A DNA stretch of 64,000 bases from Phycisphaerales bacterium (GTDB taxonomy: Bacteria > Planctomycetota > Phycisphaerae > Phycisphaerales > UBA1924): the NCBI GenBank assembly GCA_965227775.1, contig OZ245777.1, forward strand, positions 1,216,001-1,280,000, in the 5' to 3' direction. Positions within the stretch are counted from its first letter, which is position 1, and each line of letters begins with the position of its first letter. Position numbers and translations under genes: made by a program. Below are positions 35,846-45,361 of this stretch, piece after piece. The notes under the pieces are model-generated. The model did not search any database. It was given only the letters and a program-made list of their open reading frames with translations, and was not told where the DNA came from.

Positions 35846-37876
35846 ATGCTCGGTCGCGTCTCGATCCGCATCCTGCTCCCGCTACTCATGGGCCTGCCCG
35901 TGGCTGTAGCGGCACTCGTGCTCGTGGGTCTGTGGAGCGGCAACGCCCGCGAGAGTGCGCGCACGCTCAACGCGTCGGAGATGGCCCAGATCCACGCGCG
36001 TATCAACGAACGGCTGCGCACGCTGCTGAGCATGCCCGCGCGAGCCACCGAGCTCCAGCGTGAGGGCATCCACTCGGGCCGGCTCGACGCGGACAACCCC
36101 AGGAGCTGGCACGACCAACTCTTCGACCTCACCCGCGCGATGGACATGATCAGCGGCGCCACCTGGGGAAACTCGGAGGGACACGTCGCGTGGGTCTTTC
36201 GATATCCCGGAAAGCCTCACCCCGAACTGGGAGTCTCGGACGACCAAACCGTTCGGGAAGGCGCGCTGGCCGTCGAAGAATTCTCCCTCGACGATTCGGG
36301 CCAGATCATCGAGCAGATCGGCGGATACGCCTACGACCCGCGTACACGACCCTGGTACACCGGCGCCGTAGAAGCGGGCGAGCCGACCTTCCTGCCGCCG
36401 TACGCCTGGGTTAACGCCGACGGTCGGGCCATCACCCTTGGCTTGCCCTTCGTTGAACCGGTGTACGACGAGGGGGCAGATGGATCCGCGGGCGCGCTCA
36501 TGGGCGTGCTCACGGCGGAGTTCAGCCTGCAGGATCTCTCGGACTTCCTGCGAACACTTCGAGTCGGTACGGCAGGTTTCGTGCTCGTGCTCGACGCTGA
36601 TGGCGGGTTGATCGCCCATTCGCTGCCGACCGCCGACGTACCCGCAGCCGTGGAGGTCGAAGGCGTGCCCACGGTACCTGTGGCCGCCTCAATGGACGAT
36701 CCGCGCGTGCGCGAGCTCGCGGGCGTCGTCGATACAGCGCTCTCGGCTGGCGCGGATGGCCGGGCGGTCGTCCCTGTAGAAGGCGAGCCCATGCTCGTCC
36801 GCGTTTCTACGTTTGGCGGCCTGCCCGGGCTCGACTGGCGGATCATCACCGCGATTCCCGAGGCAGAACTGCTCGCGCCCGTGGCCGCCGCGCGGGCGAG
36901 CAGCCACCGCGCCACGCTCATCGCGGTGCTCGCGACAATCCTGCTTGGCCTTGGCGCCGGGCTCGTTGCCACCGTGCCCGTGCGCCGGTTAGTCCGCGAG
37001 ATCCGCCGCGTTGGCCGGGGCGAGCTCGACGAGCGTGTGCGGCCCGTGCCGAGCAGCGAGCTACACCAGATCGCCGAAGCGGTCAACGCCATGTCCGAAG
37101 ACCTGCGCGACCGCGCCCGCGTGCGCGAGAGCCTGCTTGTCGCGATGGAGGTCCAAAAAAACCTGCTGCCGCAGGAGCCGCCCACCGTCACGGGCCTCGA
37201 CATCGCCGGCCACAGCACATACTGCGATGAAACCGGCGGAGATTACTACGACTATCTCGACGTGCAGCCCCTGGTCGGTGGCGGTGCAAGCGGCCAGTCG
37301 CGCGTGGCGCTCGCAATCGGCGATGTCATGGGCCACGGCGTTGCCGCAGCCATGCTGATGGCCACCGCGCGCGGCATCCTTCGCAGCCGCTGCGATGAGC
37401 CAGCCTCGCTCGGTGAGTTGCTCACCCACCTGAACGAACTGCTCGTCGGCGACACCGGCGGTAAGCGATTCATGACCATGCTCCTGGTCATCCTCGACGG
37501 CGACACGGGCGAGATGGACTGGGCGTCGGCCGGCCACGATCCGCCCATCATCTACCTTGCCACAGAAGATCGATTCGCGGAGCTCGATGGTGGCGGCATC
37601 CCGCTCGGGCTGTTTGCCGGCCAAGCCTATGAGACCGACACCGAGGGGCCATTCGCCGCGGGTGACATCGTCGTGCTCTCGACCGATGGCCTGTGGGAGG
37701 CCCGCATGACCGATGGTGAGTTCTACGGCAAGGAACGCCTGGAGCAGATCATCCGGAAGCATGCCGGCAAGACGGCCGAGGAGATCGCAGCTGCCATCCG
37801 GGCCGACCACATCGCCGCCTGCGGCGAGGCATCCCAAGACGACGACATCACCTTCGTCGTGGCGAAGATGGGGTAG
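35846..37876 (+). CDS. membrane sensor PP2C/SpoIIE phosphatase (Cache-HAMP-SpoIIE)
   Basis: Two TM helices; Cache motif YDPRTRPWY; HAMP; GGDYYD, GDVMGHG, SAGH, STDGL, DDIT. Confidence 0.9.
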   Translation: MLGRVSIRILLPLLMGLPVAVAALVLVGLWSGNARESARTLNASEMAQIHARINERLRTLLSMPARATELQREGIHSGRLDADNPRSWHDQLFDLTRAMDMISGATWGNSEGHVAWVFRYPGKPHPELGVSDDQTVREGALAVEEFSLDDSGQIIEQIGGYAYDPRTRPWYTGAVEAGEPTFLPPYAWVNADGRAITLGLPFVEPVYDEGADGSAGALMGVLTAEFSLQDLSDFLRTLRVGTAGFVLVLDADGGLIAHSLPTADVPAAVEVEGVPTVPVAASMDDPRVRELAGVVDTALSAGADGRAVVPVEGEPMLVRVSTFGGLPGLDWRIITAIPEAELLAPVAAARASSHRATLIAVLATILLGLGAGLVATVPVRRLVREIRRVGRGELDERVRPVPSSELHQIAEAVNAMSEDLRDRARVRESLLVAMEVQKNLLPQEPPTVTGLDIAGHSTYCDETGGDYYDYLDVQPLVGGGASGQSRVALAIGDVMGHGVAAAMLMATARGILRSRCDEPASLGELLTHLNELLVGDTGGKRFMTMLLVILDGDTGEMDWASAGHDPPIIYLATEDRFAELDGGGIPLGLFAGQAYETDTEGPFAAGDIVVLSTDGLWEARMTDGEFYGKERLEQIIRKHAGKTAEEIAAAIRADHIAACGEASQDDDITFVVAKMG

Positions 37877-37951
37877 TCGAGCCCGGCTGGAGGTTGAGAA
37901 CTCCGAAACGATCGGGTCGCTCGCGACGTCGCGCTCGCGGGCGATGGCTGA

Positions 37952-39439
37952 TTATCGTCGGCCCCGCTTAGGGTCGAATGCCTCGCGCAGCCCTTCGCCC
38001 ACGAAGTTGAGCGCCAGCAGCGTCGCGCCAAGCAAAAGGCAAGGGAAGAGGATGAGCCACCACAGGCTCTCGTAGGGGTTCAACTCGTTCAGCCCATCAG
38101 CCGCCAGGTTGCCCCAGCTCGGCAGCGGGGGCTTCACGCCGATGCCCAGGAAGCTCAAGAACGACTCCTGCAGGATCGCAAGCGGCACCGTGAGCGTTGC
38201 GTACACGATGATCGGTCCGAGCAGGTTTGGCAGCAGGTGCACGAAGAAGACGCGACTCGTCGGTGCCCCCGCCGATCGGGCGGCCTCGATGTACGGCATG
38301 CTCTTGAGGCTGAGCACCTGACCCCGAATCACACGTGCCATCGTCAGCCAGCTCACACCGCCGATGGCGACCAGCAGCACGACGAGGTCGAGGAACAACA
38401 TCGTCGAGTCGGCAAGCCGACGCGGCGGACGGGCTTCGAGCGCCATGACATCGAGCACCGCGCCGTTGGTCAGCACGGGCGCGTCTTCCGCATCCGCTTC
38501 GCCATCGACCGTTGCCGCTTCGACCACGCCGGCCACGGCCTCCCGCATGTCCAGCTGGCTCGCGAGCTGATCGAGCGACGAGCCATCTTCGAACGCCTCG
38601 TTGCGCCACGCGGCCACGGCTCGCTCGCTCACTCCAGACCCAAGCAGTTCGGTTTGGCGGGCATCGGCCCAAGCGGTCCGCGCCTTCTGCTGGTTGACGT
38701 ACTCGTCGATCGCCGCATCGCTCGCGACCGCCAACAGCACGACGAGCAAGATGTACGGCAATCCGAACAGCACGTCGACGATGCGCATCATCGCCGCATC
38801 GGTCTTACCGCCGGCGTAGCCGCTGATGGCTCCATAGAGCGTCCCGATGAGCACGCTTATGAGCGCCGCGCTCAGGCCAATGCCAAGCGAGATACCCCCG
38901 CCCGTCATGACCCGGTACAACAAGCTCCGGCCCAGCACGTCCGTACCCAGCAGCATCGCGAGGCGATTGCCGTCGTACACCCAATGCTCGGCCATGGCGT
39001 TGGCCAGGTCGCCTTCGGTTGCTTGGCGGGCGTCACGCTCGGTCACGCGGTACTCATCGGCAACCGCCTGGGCGGCCTCCGCCGGTACGAGCGCGTTGAG
39101 CTTGAGACGGCTTTCCTCACCGACCGCCCACCAAGGCGGAAGCCGGCCATACTCGGCGCTGCCCGCGTTGTATCGCTTGATCGTGACCTTGCCGTCCGCG
39201 CCCGCGCTCACGCCCGGGTAGGTCGTCGATGCCGGCGAGAGCGTCCAGAACAAGCCCACAAGGCACACCAGCAGCATAAACGCCAGGAAGCCCATGCCCA
39301 GCATGCCCGCCCACGAGCGTGTCAGCGGGTTGTCGCGCTCGACCGGCGGCGCCGCCATCGCGGGCACGGTCTTGGGAATCGCCGGCGCGCCGTTGCGCTC
39401 GCGACCGGTCTGATCAAGCTGGTCTGGCTGGTCTGGCAT
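37952..39439 (-). CDS. peptide ABC transporter permease (OppC/DppC-like, stand-alone)
   Basis: LGTDVLGR, EAA loop YIEAARSAGA, ESFLSFLG, PSWG, GEGLREAFDPK. Confidence 0.88.
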   Translation of the reverse strand: MPDQPDQLDQTGRERNGAPAIPKTVPAMAAPPVERDNPLTRSWAGMLGMGFLAFMLLVCLVGLFWTLSPASTTYPGVSAGADGKVTIKRYNAGSAEYGRLPPWWAVGEESRLKLNALVPAEAAQAVADEYRVTERDARQATEGDLANAMAEHWVYDGNRLAMLLGTDVLGRSLLYRVMTGGGISLGIGLSAALISVLIGTLYGAISGYAGGKTDAAMMRIVDVLFGLPYILLVVLLAVASDAAIDEYVNQQKARTAWADARQTELLGSGVSERAVAAWRNEAFEDGSSLDQLASQLDMREAVAGVVEAATVDGEADAEDAPVLTNGAVLDVMALEARPPRRLADSTMLFLDLVVLLVAIGGVSWLTMARVIRGQVLSLKSMPYIEAARSAGAPTSRVFFVHLLPNLLGPIIVYATLTVPLAILQESFLSFLGIGVKPPLPSWGNLAADGLNELNPYESLWWLILFPCLLLGATLLALNFVGEGLREAFDPKRGRR

Positions 39440-39476
39440 CCGCCCGTTCCCCCTGCCCCCACAAACGGGTCGGGCC

Positions 39477-39920
39477 TCAGGCGTCGGCCTTGGGCGTGAA
39501 GCTCGCGCCATCGAGCACGGAGAACGTCACCATGTCGCCCACCTTGAAGTCCTGGGCGTGCTGGCGGTCGTCGGTCAGCGTGCAGTGCATGGGCACGCCC
39601 GCATCGACGATGATCGTGCCCTCGCCGTGGCCGACGACGCGCCCCTGCACCTGCCGCGGCCGCCCGATGACCGGCTCGACGTACCGGCCACCGCTGGGAA
39701 TGTCGTCAACCCGCCGCGCCCGCGCCTGGATCGTTCCGAAGACCTTGTCGCCCGGTTCGGCGTTCACCGCCGCCGTCGGCAGCAGGTGCAGCACGTAACT
39801 GGTATTGGCAAAGGCCAGCCGGACGTGGGCCGGCTTGGTCGCGGTGGCGGCGACGGCTTCCTTCAGCGTCGCGCGGGCCAGCCCGGGGGCGATCTTGGTC
39901 GTCGGGGCGGGGTGGATCAT
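39477..39920 (-). CDS. hypothetical protein
   Basis: ORF with typical codon bias; ATG preceded by TAGACT-N5. Confidence 0.7.
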   Translation of the reverse strand: MIHPAPTTKIAPGLARATLKEAVAATATKPAHVRLAFANTSYVLHLLPTAAVNAEPGDKVFGTIQARARRVDDIPSGGRYVEPVIGRPRQVQGRVVGHGEGTIIVDAGVPMHCTLTDDRQHAQDFKVGDMVTFSVLDGASFTPKADA

Positions 39921-39983
39921 GGCCCAGTCTACGCCGGCAGCGCCTCCACGAGGCTGCTGTCCAGCACGCCGCCCACGCGCCAT

Positions 39984-40220
39984 CGGTGAGCACTCGGCTC
40001 ATCCGACCCAGCCGCCCGCAGACTCGTTCGCAGGGAGTCTGCAAAGCAGCGAGGTCGTCAACTCGTCAGTCGTGCCCCACGTTCTGTGGCCCGTCGATGA
40101 TCACCAGGCCCTCGGCCGCGGGCCGCCGCGGAGCGGAACACACTCGTCGACTCGCGCGTGAACGGTGCGATGGCCACGTTGTGCGGACTTCGGCTGGGTG
40201 TGTCTGAGCCACGCACTCCG
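39984..40220 (+). ncRNA. candidate structured non-coding RNA (unassigned)
   Basis: Nested long-range helices in a 626-bp intergenic region (details under findings). Confidence 0.35.
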
Positions 40221-40546
40221 CTCGACTTCGTCGCCGATCACTCGGATGCGGGCTCGTCTGGTTCAACCCTTTGAAGGCGTCACCGGCACGCGCCGCCTCG
40301 GGACCATCGAGTGGGTCATCATCCTGACCCCCACACCAATCTAGAAATCGCTAGGACTCCCGGGACATGCATCCGCAACCACCCCAAGCGGAGATGCCCG
40401 AGGCACGTCCCGATGTGCCCGCGCCGTGAGGACTTTCGTGAAACCGGCTTCTCAAAGGCTCGAAGCGTCACGCACGGTCGCATGGTGCGGCCCGCAACGC
40501 GAGGCCGGGTCGCCGTCGGCGCTCCGTCCCGAGGAGAAGGAAAACC

Positions 40547-41203
40547 ATGAGAGTCACTGCATTGACGGCCGCCACCGCGGCCCTGGCGTTCGCCGCAGGC
40601 GCGTCCGCCCAAATCGACGTCATCGGTGGACAAACGAGCGTGCTGCTCGACACCGACACCCTGTCGGCTGCTGCCAGCCTCGATCTGTCGAGCGTCTCGC
40701 CAGACGTGATCGCCCCGGGCTCGCTGGGCGACGGCAGCGTCGCGTTCGGCATCAATGCCCGCGACGCCGCCTCGCTGCCGACGACCTTTAGCTACGCGCC
40801 CGATCTGGCCAGCTTCTCGGGCGCCATCGAGCACACGGGCAGCGTCTTCTTCAACATGGACTCGGTCGAGGTCGGCAACTTCACCATCGGTTTTGACGCC
40901 GGTCGTGTCGGTGGCGATCGCAGCGGCTTCTTCGTTGAGAGCACCACCGGCATCGCCGCCATCCTCTTCGACGTGGCCGCCCCCAGCGACCTGTCGGCGA
41001 GCACCGATGGCCTGCTCATCGAGGCCGACCTGCTCGTTTCGAGCGAGTTCGCAGGCTTCCTGTCGAGCGCTGGCCTCGCTTCGTCCGATCTCACCGGCGC
41101 CGACGTCGGTGACGCGCTGGTTGAGGGCGTCGTGCCTGCGCCCGCAACCGCGGCGCTGCTCGGCCTTGCCGGCCTTGCCGCCGCCAACCGTCGCCGCCGC
41201 TAA
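40547..41203 (+). CDS. secreted protein with PEP-CTERM-like (PAP) tail
   Basis: Signal peptide; C-terminus VPAPATAALLGLAGLAAANRRRR. Confidence 0.85.
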   Translation: MRVTALTAATAALAFAAGASAQIDVIGGQTSVLLDTDTLSAAASLDLSSVSPDVIAPGSLGDGSVAFGINARDAASLPTTFSYAPDLASFSGAIEHTGSVFFNMDSVEVGNFTIGFDAGRVGGDRSGFFVESTTGIAAILFDVAAPSDLSASTDGLLIEADLLVSSEFAGFLSSAGLASSDLTGADVGDALVEGVVPAPATAALLGLAGLAAANRRRR

Positions 41204-41232
41204 TCGCGACACATCACGCAGTCACGCTTGCA

Positions 41233-41269
41233 GACGCCCCGGGGAGCATTCGCCCCCGGGGCGTTCTTC
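41233..41269. terminator. intrinsic terminator between convergent genes
   Basis: GACGCCCCGGG...CCCGGGGCGTT followed by CTT. Confidence 0.65.
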
Positions 41270-41313
41270 ATGCGCTTGCGTAGGCCAGTGGGTCGAAGCC
41301 TAGATCGAGAGGC

Positions 41314-42000
41314 TCACTCGCACCCGGCAGCGAACTCGTTCTGGAACGCCAGGAAGTCGAACAGCGTAAGCGCGCCATCACCATCGAAGTCGGCGCCAAG
41401 GTCGCCCGCATCGAACAGGTTCTGGAATGCAAGGAAGTCGAAGATCGTCAGGCTGCCATCACCGTCTATGTCAGCCCGGCAGTCGGCCTCGATGCGATCG
41501 ATGATCGCCGTGCCCTCGGTAAACCGGAGCGAACCTACAAGGAAGCTCGGCGAGAGCGTCACGTCGCGGATGTTAAAGAACGCGACGTTGTCAGCCCCGA
41601 TGCCCGCGTCGAACGTCGCGGCGAAGCGCACCGTGATGCCAGCCAGCGTCTGCTCGCCCTCGAACGTCTCACCGAGAACCTGAAACGGGTGCGTGCCGTC
41701 GGGATTCTCGACCTCGCCCGTCAAGAAGTCTGACGCGCCGGGAGAGAGCTGCTCGAGCGCATCGGCCAGCGGCGTGGGGTCGGGGAACAGCGAGCCAAGC
41801 ACGACGCCGCTGCCGACGACCATGCCCGAAACCTCGTAGGCATACCGCGTGGCTGGGTCGATCGTGTCGGGCGCACTGGTACGCGCCACGTCGCGACCGT
41901 CCTCGATTCGGACGCCGGCCAGGTCGATCGAAACCGACTCCTGGGCCATCGCCGCACAGCCAAGCCCAAGTACCGTCGCCGTGAAAAACCGCGTGTTCAT
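41314..42000 (-). CDS. secreted GC-type dockerin-anchored protein
   Basis: Signal peptide MNTRFFT..AMA; C-terminal CRADIDGDGSLTIFDFLAF..ADFDGDGALTLFDFLAFQNEFAAGCE. Confidence 0.85.
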   Translation of the reverse strand: MNTRFFTATVLGLGCAAMAQESVSIDLAGVRIEDGRDVARTSAPDTIDPATRYAYEVSGMVVGSGVVLGSLFPDPTPLADALEQLSPGASDFLTGEVENPDGTHPFQVLGETFEGEQTLAGITVRFAATFDAGIGADNVAFFNIRDVTLSPSFLVGSLRFTEGTAIIDRIEADCRADIDGDGSLTIFDFLAFQNLFDAGDLGADFDGDGALTLFDFLAFQNEFAAGCE

Positions 42001-42095
42001 CGCTCGCTCTCCCGTTTGAGTGTCCCTCAAGCCTACCCCAAGCCTGCTCTTTCGCCAACGCTACTTGCACCAAACCGGCCCCATACCCTCGCCCA

Positions 42096-42776
42096 GTGGT
42101 CACCGCACTCATCCTCGCCAGCGCAGCCTACCTGATCGGGGCCATCCCCTTCGGCTACCTCATCGCGCGAGCGAAGGGCGTGGACATCTTCAAGGCCGGC
42201 TCGGGCAACATTGGCGCGACGAATGTGAAGCGCGTTCTCGGACCGGGGCCCGGCAACCTCTGCTTCACCCTCGACGTGCTCAAGGGACTGCTGCCCACGC
42301 TTGCGGCGGGGCTCGTGCTGGGCACATTGGGAGACCTCAACGCGCGCCCCATCGCTGTCTGGGTCTGGTTGCTCACGCCGGTCGCCACCGTTCTGGGCCA
42401 CATGTTCTCGCCCTACCTGGGCTTCCGCGGTGGCAAGGGCGTCGCCACTGGGCTCGGGGCGCTCCTCGGCGTGTTCTGGGTGCTCACCGTCGCGGTGGTG
42501 GGTGGGCTCGTCGTCTGGCTGCTCGTCCTGAAGGTCTCGCGGTACGTAGGCCTCGCGTCCGTGTGCGCCGCTGTCAGCGTGCCGATCTGGGCTGCCGTCG
42601 TGCCCGCCCTTGTCGAAGGTGGCCTCCGCCCGTCGGTATACCCCATGCTGGCAATCGCCGGGCTGCTCGCCTTGCTGGTGGTCGTCCGCCACGCGGGCAA
42701 CCTGCGCCGCATCATGGCGGGCAACGAGCCCAAGATCCGCTCCAAGGCCGAGCGGCAGGCCGCCGCATCCCGATAA
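42096..42776 (+). CDS. plsY: glycerol-3-phosphate acyltransferase PlsY
   Basis: GSGNIGATN, DVLKG, GHMFSPY..FRGGKGVAT, RHAGNLRR. Confidence 0.94.
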   Translation: MVTALILASAAYLIGAIPFGYLIARAKGVDIFKAGSGNIGATNVKRVLGPGPGNLCFTLDVLKGLLPTLAAGLVLGTLGDLNARPIAVWVWLLTPVATVLGHMFSPYLGFRGGKGVATGLGALLGVFWVLTVAVVGGLVVWLLVLKVSRYVGLASVCAAVSVPIWAAVVPALVEGGLRPSVYPMLAIAGLLALLVVVRHAGNLRRIMAGNEPKIRSKAERQAAASR

Positions 42777-42896
42777 CGCTCCGAACAGATGAATCAGGGC
42801 AGGTCGTGCGGGCTGGAGGGGCCCATCGCGGCTCCAGCGCGCCAAATCGCTGCGTTCGGCGCAAAGCCGACACAGGGCTAAGCCGATGCCATAGCG

Positions 42897-43127
42897 ATGC
42901 TTACGATCACCGACACGACCCCGCCCGAAGGCCCAACGCCCACGAAGAAGCTCTCAACGGCGCCCCAGGCCTCCGCGGGACCGCTCCGCCTGACCGTTGG
43001 CGAGGCTGGCAACGCGATCGCCCAGGTCAACAACGCGCTGGCCCAAACCCAGCGCCGCCTCGACAACCTCCGCGACCTCATCGACCGCTTCGACCTCGAC
43101 GACGACGACGGCCCCCGCGCCGCCTGA
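42897..43127 (+). CDS. small hypothetical protein
   Basis: 76-aa ORF with C-rich third codon positions and an amphipathic helix. Start uncertain. Confidence 0.45.
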   Translation: MLTITDTTPPEGPTPTKKLSTAPQASAGPLRLTVGEAGNAIAQVNNALAQTQRRLDNLRDLIDRFDLDDDDGPRAA

Positions 43128-43346
43128 TCGATTTCCGCTTTCGGGTTGTCCCGCTGGCCTGCCGCTCGACTCGCGTCGCGGCCGCCGCGTCATGGACATT
43201 CCCACCGCCGCTCGGCGACCCACCTCATGACGGCTTCGTAAGACCTGCACGCTACACTAGCGAAGGGTGCTGGTGGCCGTTTATCGTTGCGCCCAGTCGA
43301 GAGCCGAACACGCCAGCTGGGTGGCAGACCCGCCGAGGTTTGGATA

Positions 43347-45278
43347 ATGCAGAACAATTTCGGTCTGAAGGATCTGATCGTCATCACGCTCATCCTGGGG
43401 CTGTTCGTCAGCATCTGGGTGGCCATCTACCAAGATGACCGGCGTTGGAAGCTCTCGCAAGAGTCCAACGACCGACTCGAAGCACTCGAGAAGCAGATCG
43501 TCCGCCTCGAGACCGAGGTCACGCGCCGGCCCGTGGTCGTCGCCAGCCCGGGCGCCCAAACGCCCGGCAGCCAGCCCGCGACCACGCCTGCCGCACCGGC
43601 GAGCACCGACTGGGCCGAGGAAGGTGTCGAGATCACCTTCGCCGAACCCTGGACCTTTACCACCGACCCGCGCAACGACGAGGGCTTCCGCCCCGGCGGC
43701 GAGTTCACCGAGATCTACGAGGGTCAGCCGCCCAAGCTCACCCCCTACACCTACGCCGACGTGTACGGCCGTCGCGTTGTCGATCTGGTGTGCGAGAGCC
43801 TCGGCTGGTACGACCCCAAGACCCTGAAGATGCGCGGCCTGCTGGCCGAGGCATGGCAGTACCCTGAAGACGGCACCTGGTTGCGCGTCAAGATCCGCGA
43901 CGAGGCCCGCTACAGCGACGGCTCGCCCGTGCTGGCCGAAGACGTGCGGTGGACGCACGACGACCTGCTGTTCAACATGCAGATCGAGGCCGAGCGCTTC
44001 CGCAGCGTGTACAACGCCATCGACACGGTCGAAGTCATCGGTGATCCGGAGACCAGCCGCGTCGTGCATTTCACCTTCAAGACGCCCCGCTTCGATAACC
44101 TGCAGCAGGCCTTCGGATTCAAGATCCTGCCCAAGCACATCTACCAGGAATGGATCGAGAGCCCCACGCGATACAACCAGAGCACGGCCCTCACGGTTGG
44201 GTCGGGCCCGTTCCGTTTTGCCACGGTGTCGCCCGACTCGCAGTGGACGCCGCCCAGCGACATCGTGCTGGTGCGCAACGAGCAGTACTGGGGCCCCAAG
44301 CCCGTGCTCGATAGCTACCGCATCACGGTCATCAGCGACTACACGACCAAGCTCATCGCCTACACCAGCGGCCGCGGCGACATGATGCGTCCCAACGCCC
44401 AGCAGTTCGTCGAGCAGCGCTCCGACCAGGAGTTCCTCGAGGACCACGACCCGCGCATCTGGTACAACATGCGCGGCGGTTACTCGTTCATTGCCTGGCA
44501 GTGCGGCCCACGCAACGGCGACAGGCTCACGCCCTTCCACGACGCTCGCGTGCGCAAGGCCATGACGATGATGATCGACCGCGATCGCATCCGCCGCGAC
44601 ATCTCGAAGAACCTCGTGCGTCCTGCGACGGGCCCGTTCCTGAGCTCCACGCCGCAGTCGAATCCCAACATCGAGCCCTGGCCGCACGACCCCGACGCGG
44701 GTCTGGCCCTGCTTGCCGAGGCCGGCTGGGAAGACCGCGACGGCGACGGCATGCTCGAGGACGAAGACGGCAATCCGTTCACCTTCGAGTTCACCTTCTC
44801 CAACGGCTCGGACTCGACGCTGCAGATGGCCAACTTCATGAAGTCGGACTTTGCGCGCTACGGCATCGACATGCAGCTGCGCACCATCGACTGGTCGGTG
44901 CTCGTCGACATCCTCAACCGCCGCGACTTCGACGCCATCACCTTCGCGTGGTCGGCCTCGGCCCCTGAGAACGATCCGTACCAGATCTGGCACTCTGACA
45001 ACATCGAGAACCAGGGCGACAACTTCATCCAGTGGAGCAGCCCCGACGCAGACCGCCTCATCGAGCAGGGCCGCCAGACGCTCGACTTCGACGAGCGCAT
45101 GGCCGTCTGGCACGAGCTGCACTCGGTCTACCACGAGGAGCAGCCCTACACGTTCATGAACGAGATCCCGTGGATCCGCTTCACGACGAAGCGATCGGGC
45201 AACATCCAGGAGTACAACTCGGGCCTGCAGTACAACGAGTTCTGGGTCGGGCGAGAGAGCCTGCCGTCGCAGAACTGA
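43347..45278 (+). CDS. peptide ABC transporter substrate-binding protein (family 5)
   Basis: GLLAEAW, YSDGSPVLAEDV, VGSGPF, LVRNEQYW, DARVRKAM. Confidence 0.9.
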   Translation: MQNNFGLKDLIVITLILGLFVSIWVAIYQDDRRWKLSQESNDRLEALEKQIVRLETEVTRRPVVVASPGAQTPGSQPATTPAAPASTDWAEEGVEITFAEPWTFTTDPRNDEGFRPGGEFTEIYEGQPPKLTPYTYADVYGRRVVDLVCESLGWYDPKTLKMRGLLAEAWQYPEDGTWLRVKIRDEARYSDGSPVLAEDVRWTHDDLLFNMQIEAERFRSVYNAIDTVEVIGDPETSRVVHFTFKTPRFDNLQQAFGFKILPKHIYQEWIESPTRYNQSTALTVGSGPFRFATVSPDSQWTPPSDIVLVRNEQYWGPKPVLDSYRITVISDYTTKLIAYTSGRGDMMRPNAQQFVEQRSDQEFLEDHDPRIWYNMRGGYSFIAWQCGPRNGDRLTPFHDARVRKAMTMMIDRDRIRRDISKNLVRPATGPFLSSTPQSNPNIEPWPHDPDAGLALLAEAGWEDRDGDGMLEDEDGNPFTFEFTFSNGSDSTLQMANFMKSDFARYGIDMQLRTIDWSVLVDILNRRDFDAITFAWSASAPENDPYQIWHSDNIENQGDNFIQWSSPDADRLIEQGRQTLDFDERMAVWHELHSVYHEEQPYTFMNEIPWIRFTTKRSGNIQEYNSGLQYNEFWVGRESLPSQN

Positions 45279-45361
45279 CCCGGTCCGAGCCGACCTCCCG
45301 CAACGATCTTGCAAGCTACCGCCCGCGTCGTTCCATCCCTCGTTCCTGAGCGCCACTGCCC

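Noticed and set aside
40015..40080. c-di-GMP-I riboswitch resemblance (GCAGAC..GGGA..GCAAAGC)
   Set aside because: Lacks the GNRA tetraloop/receptor and a proper P2 stem; similarity too weak.
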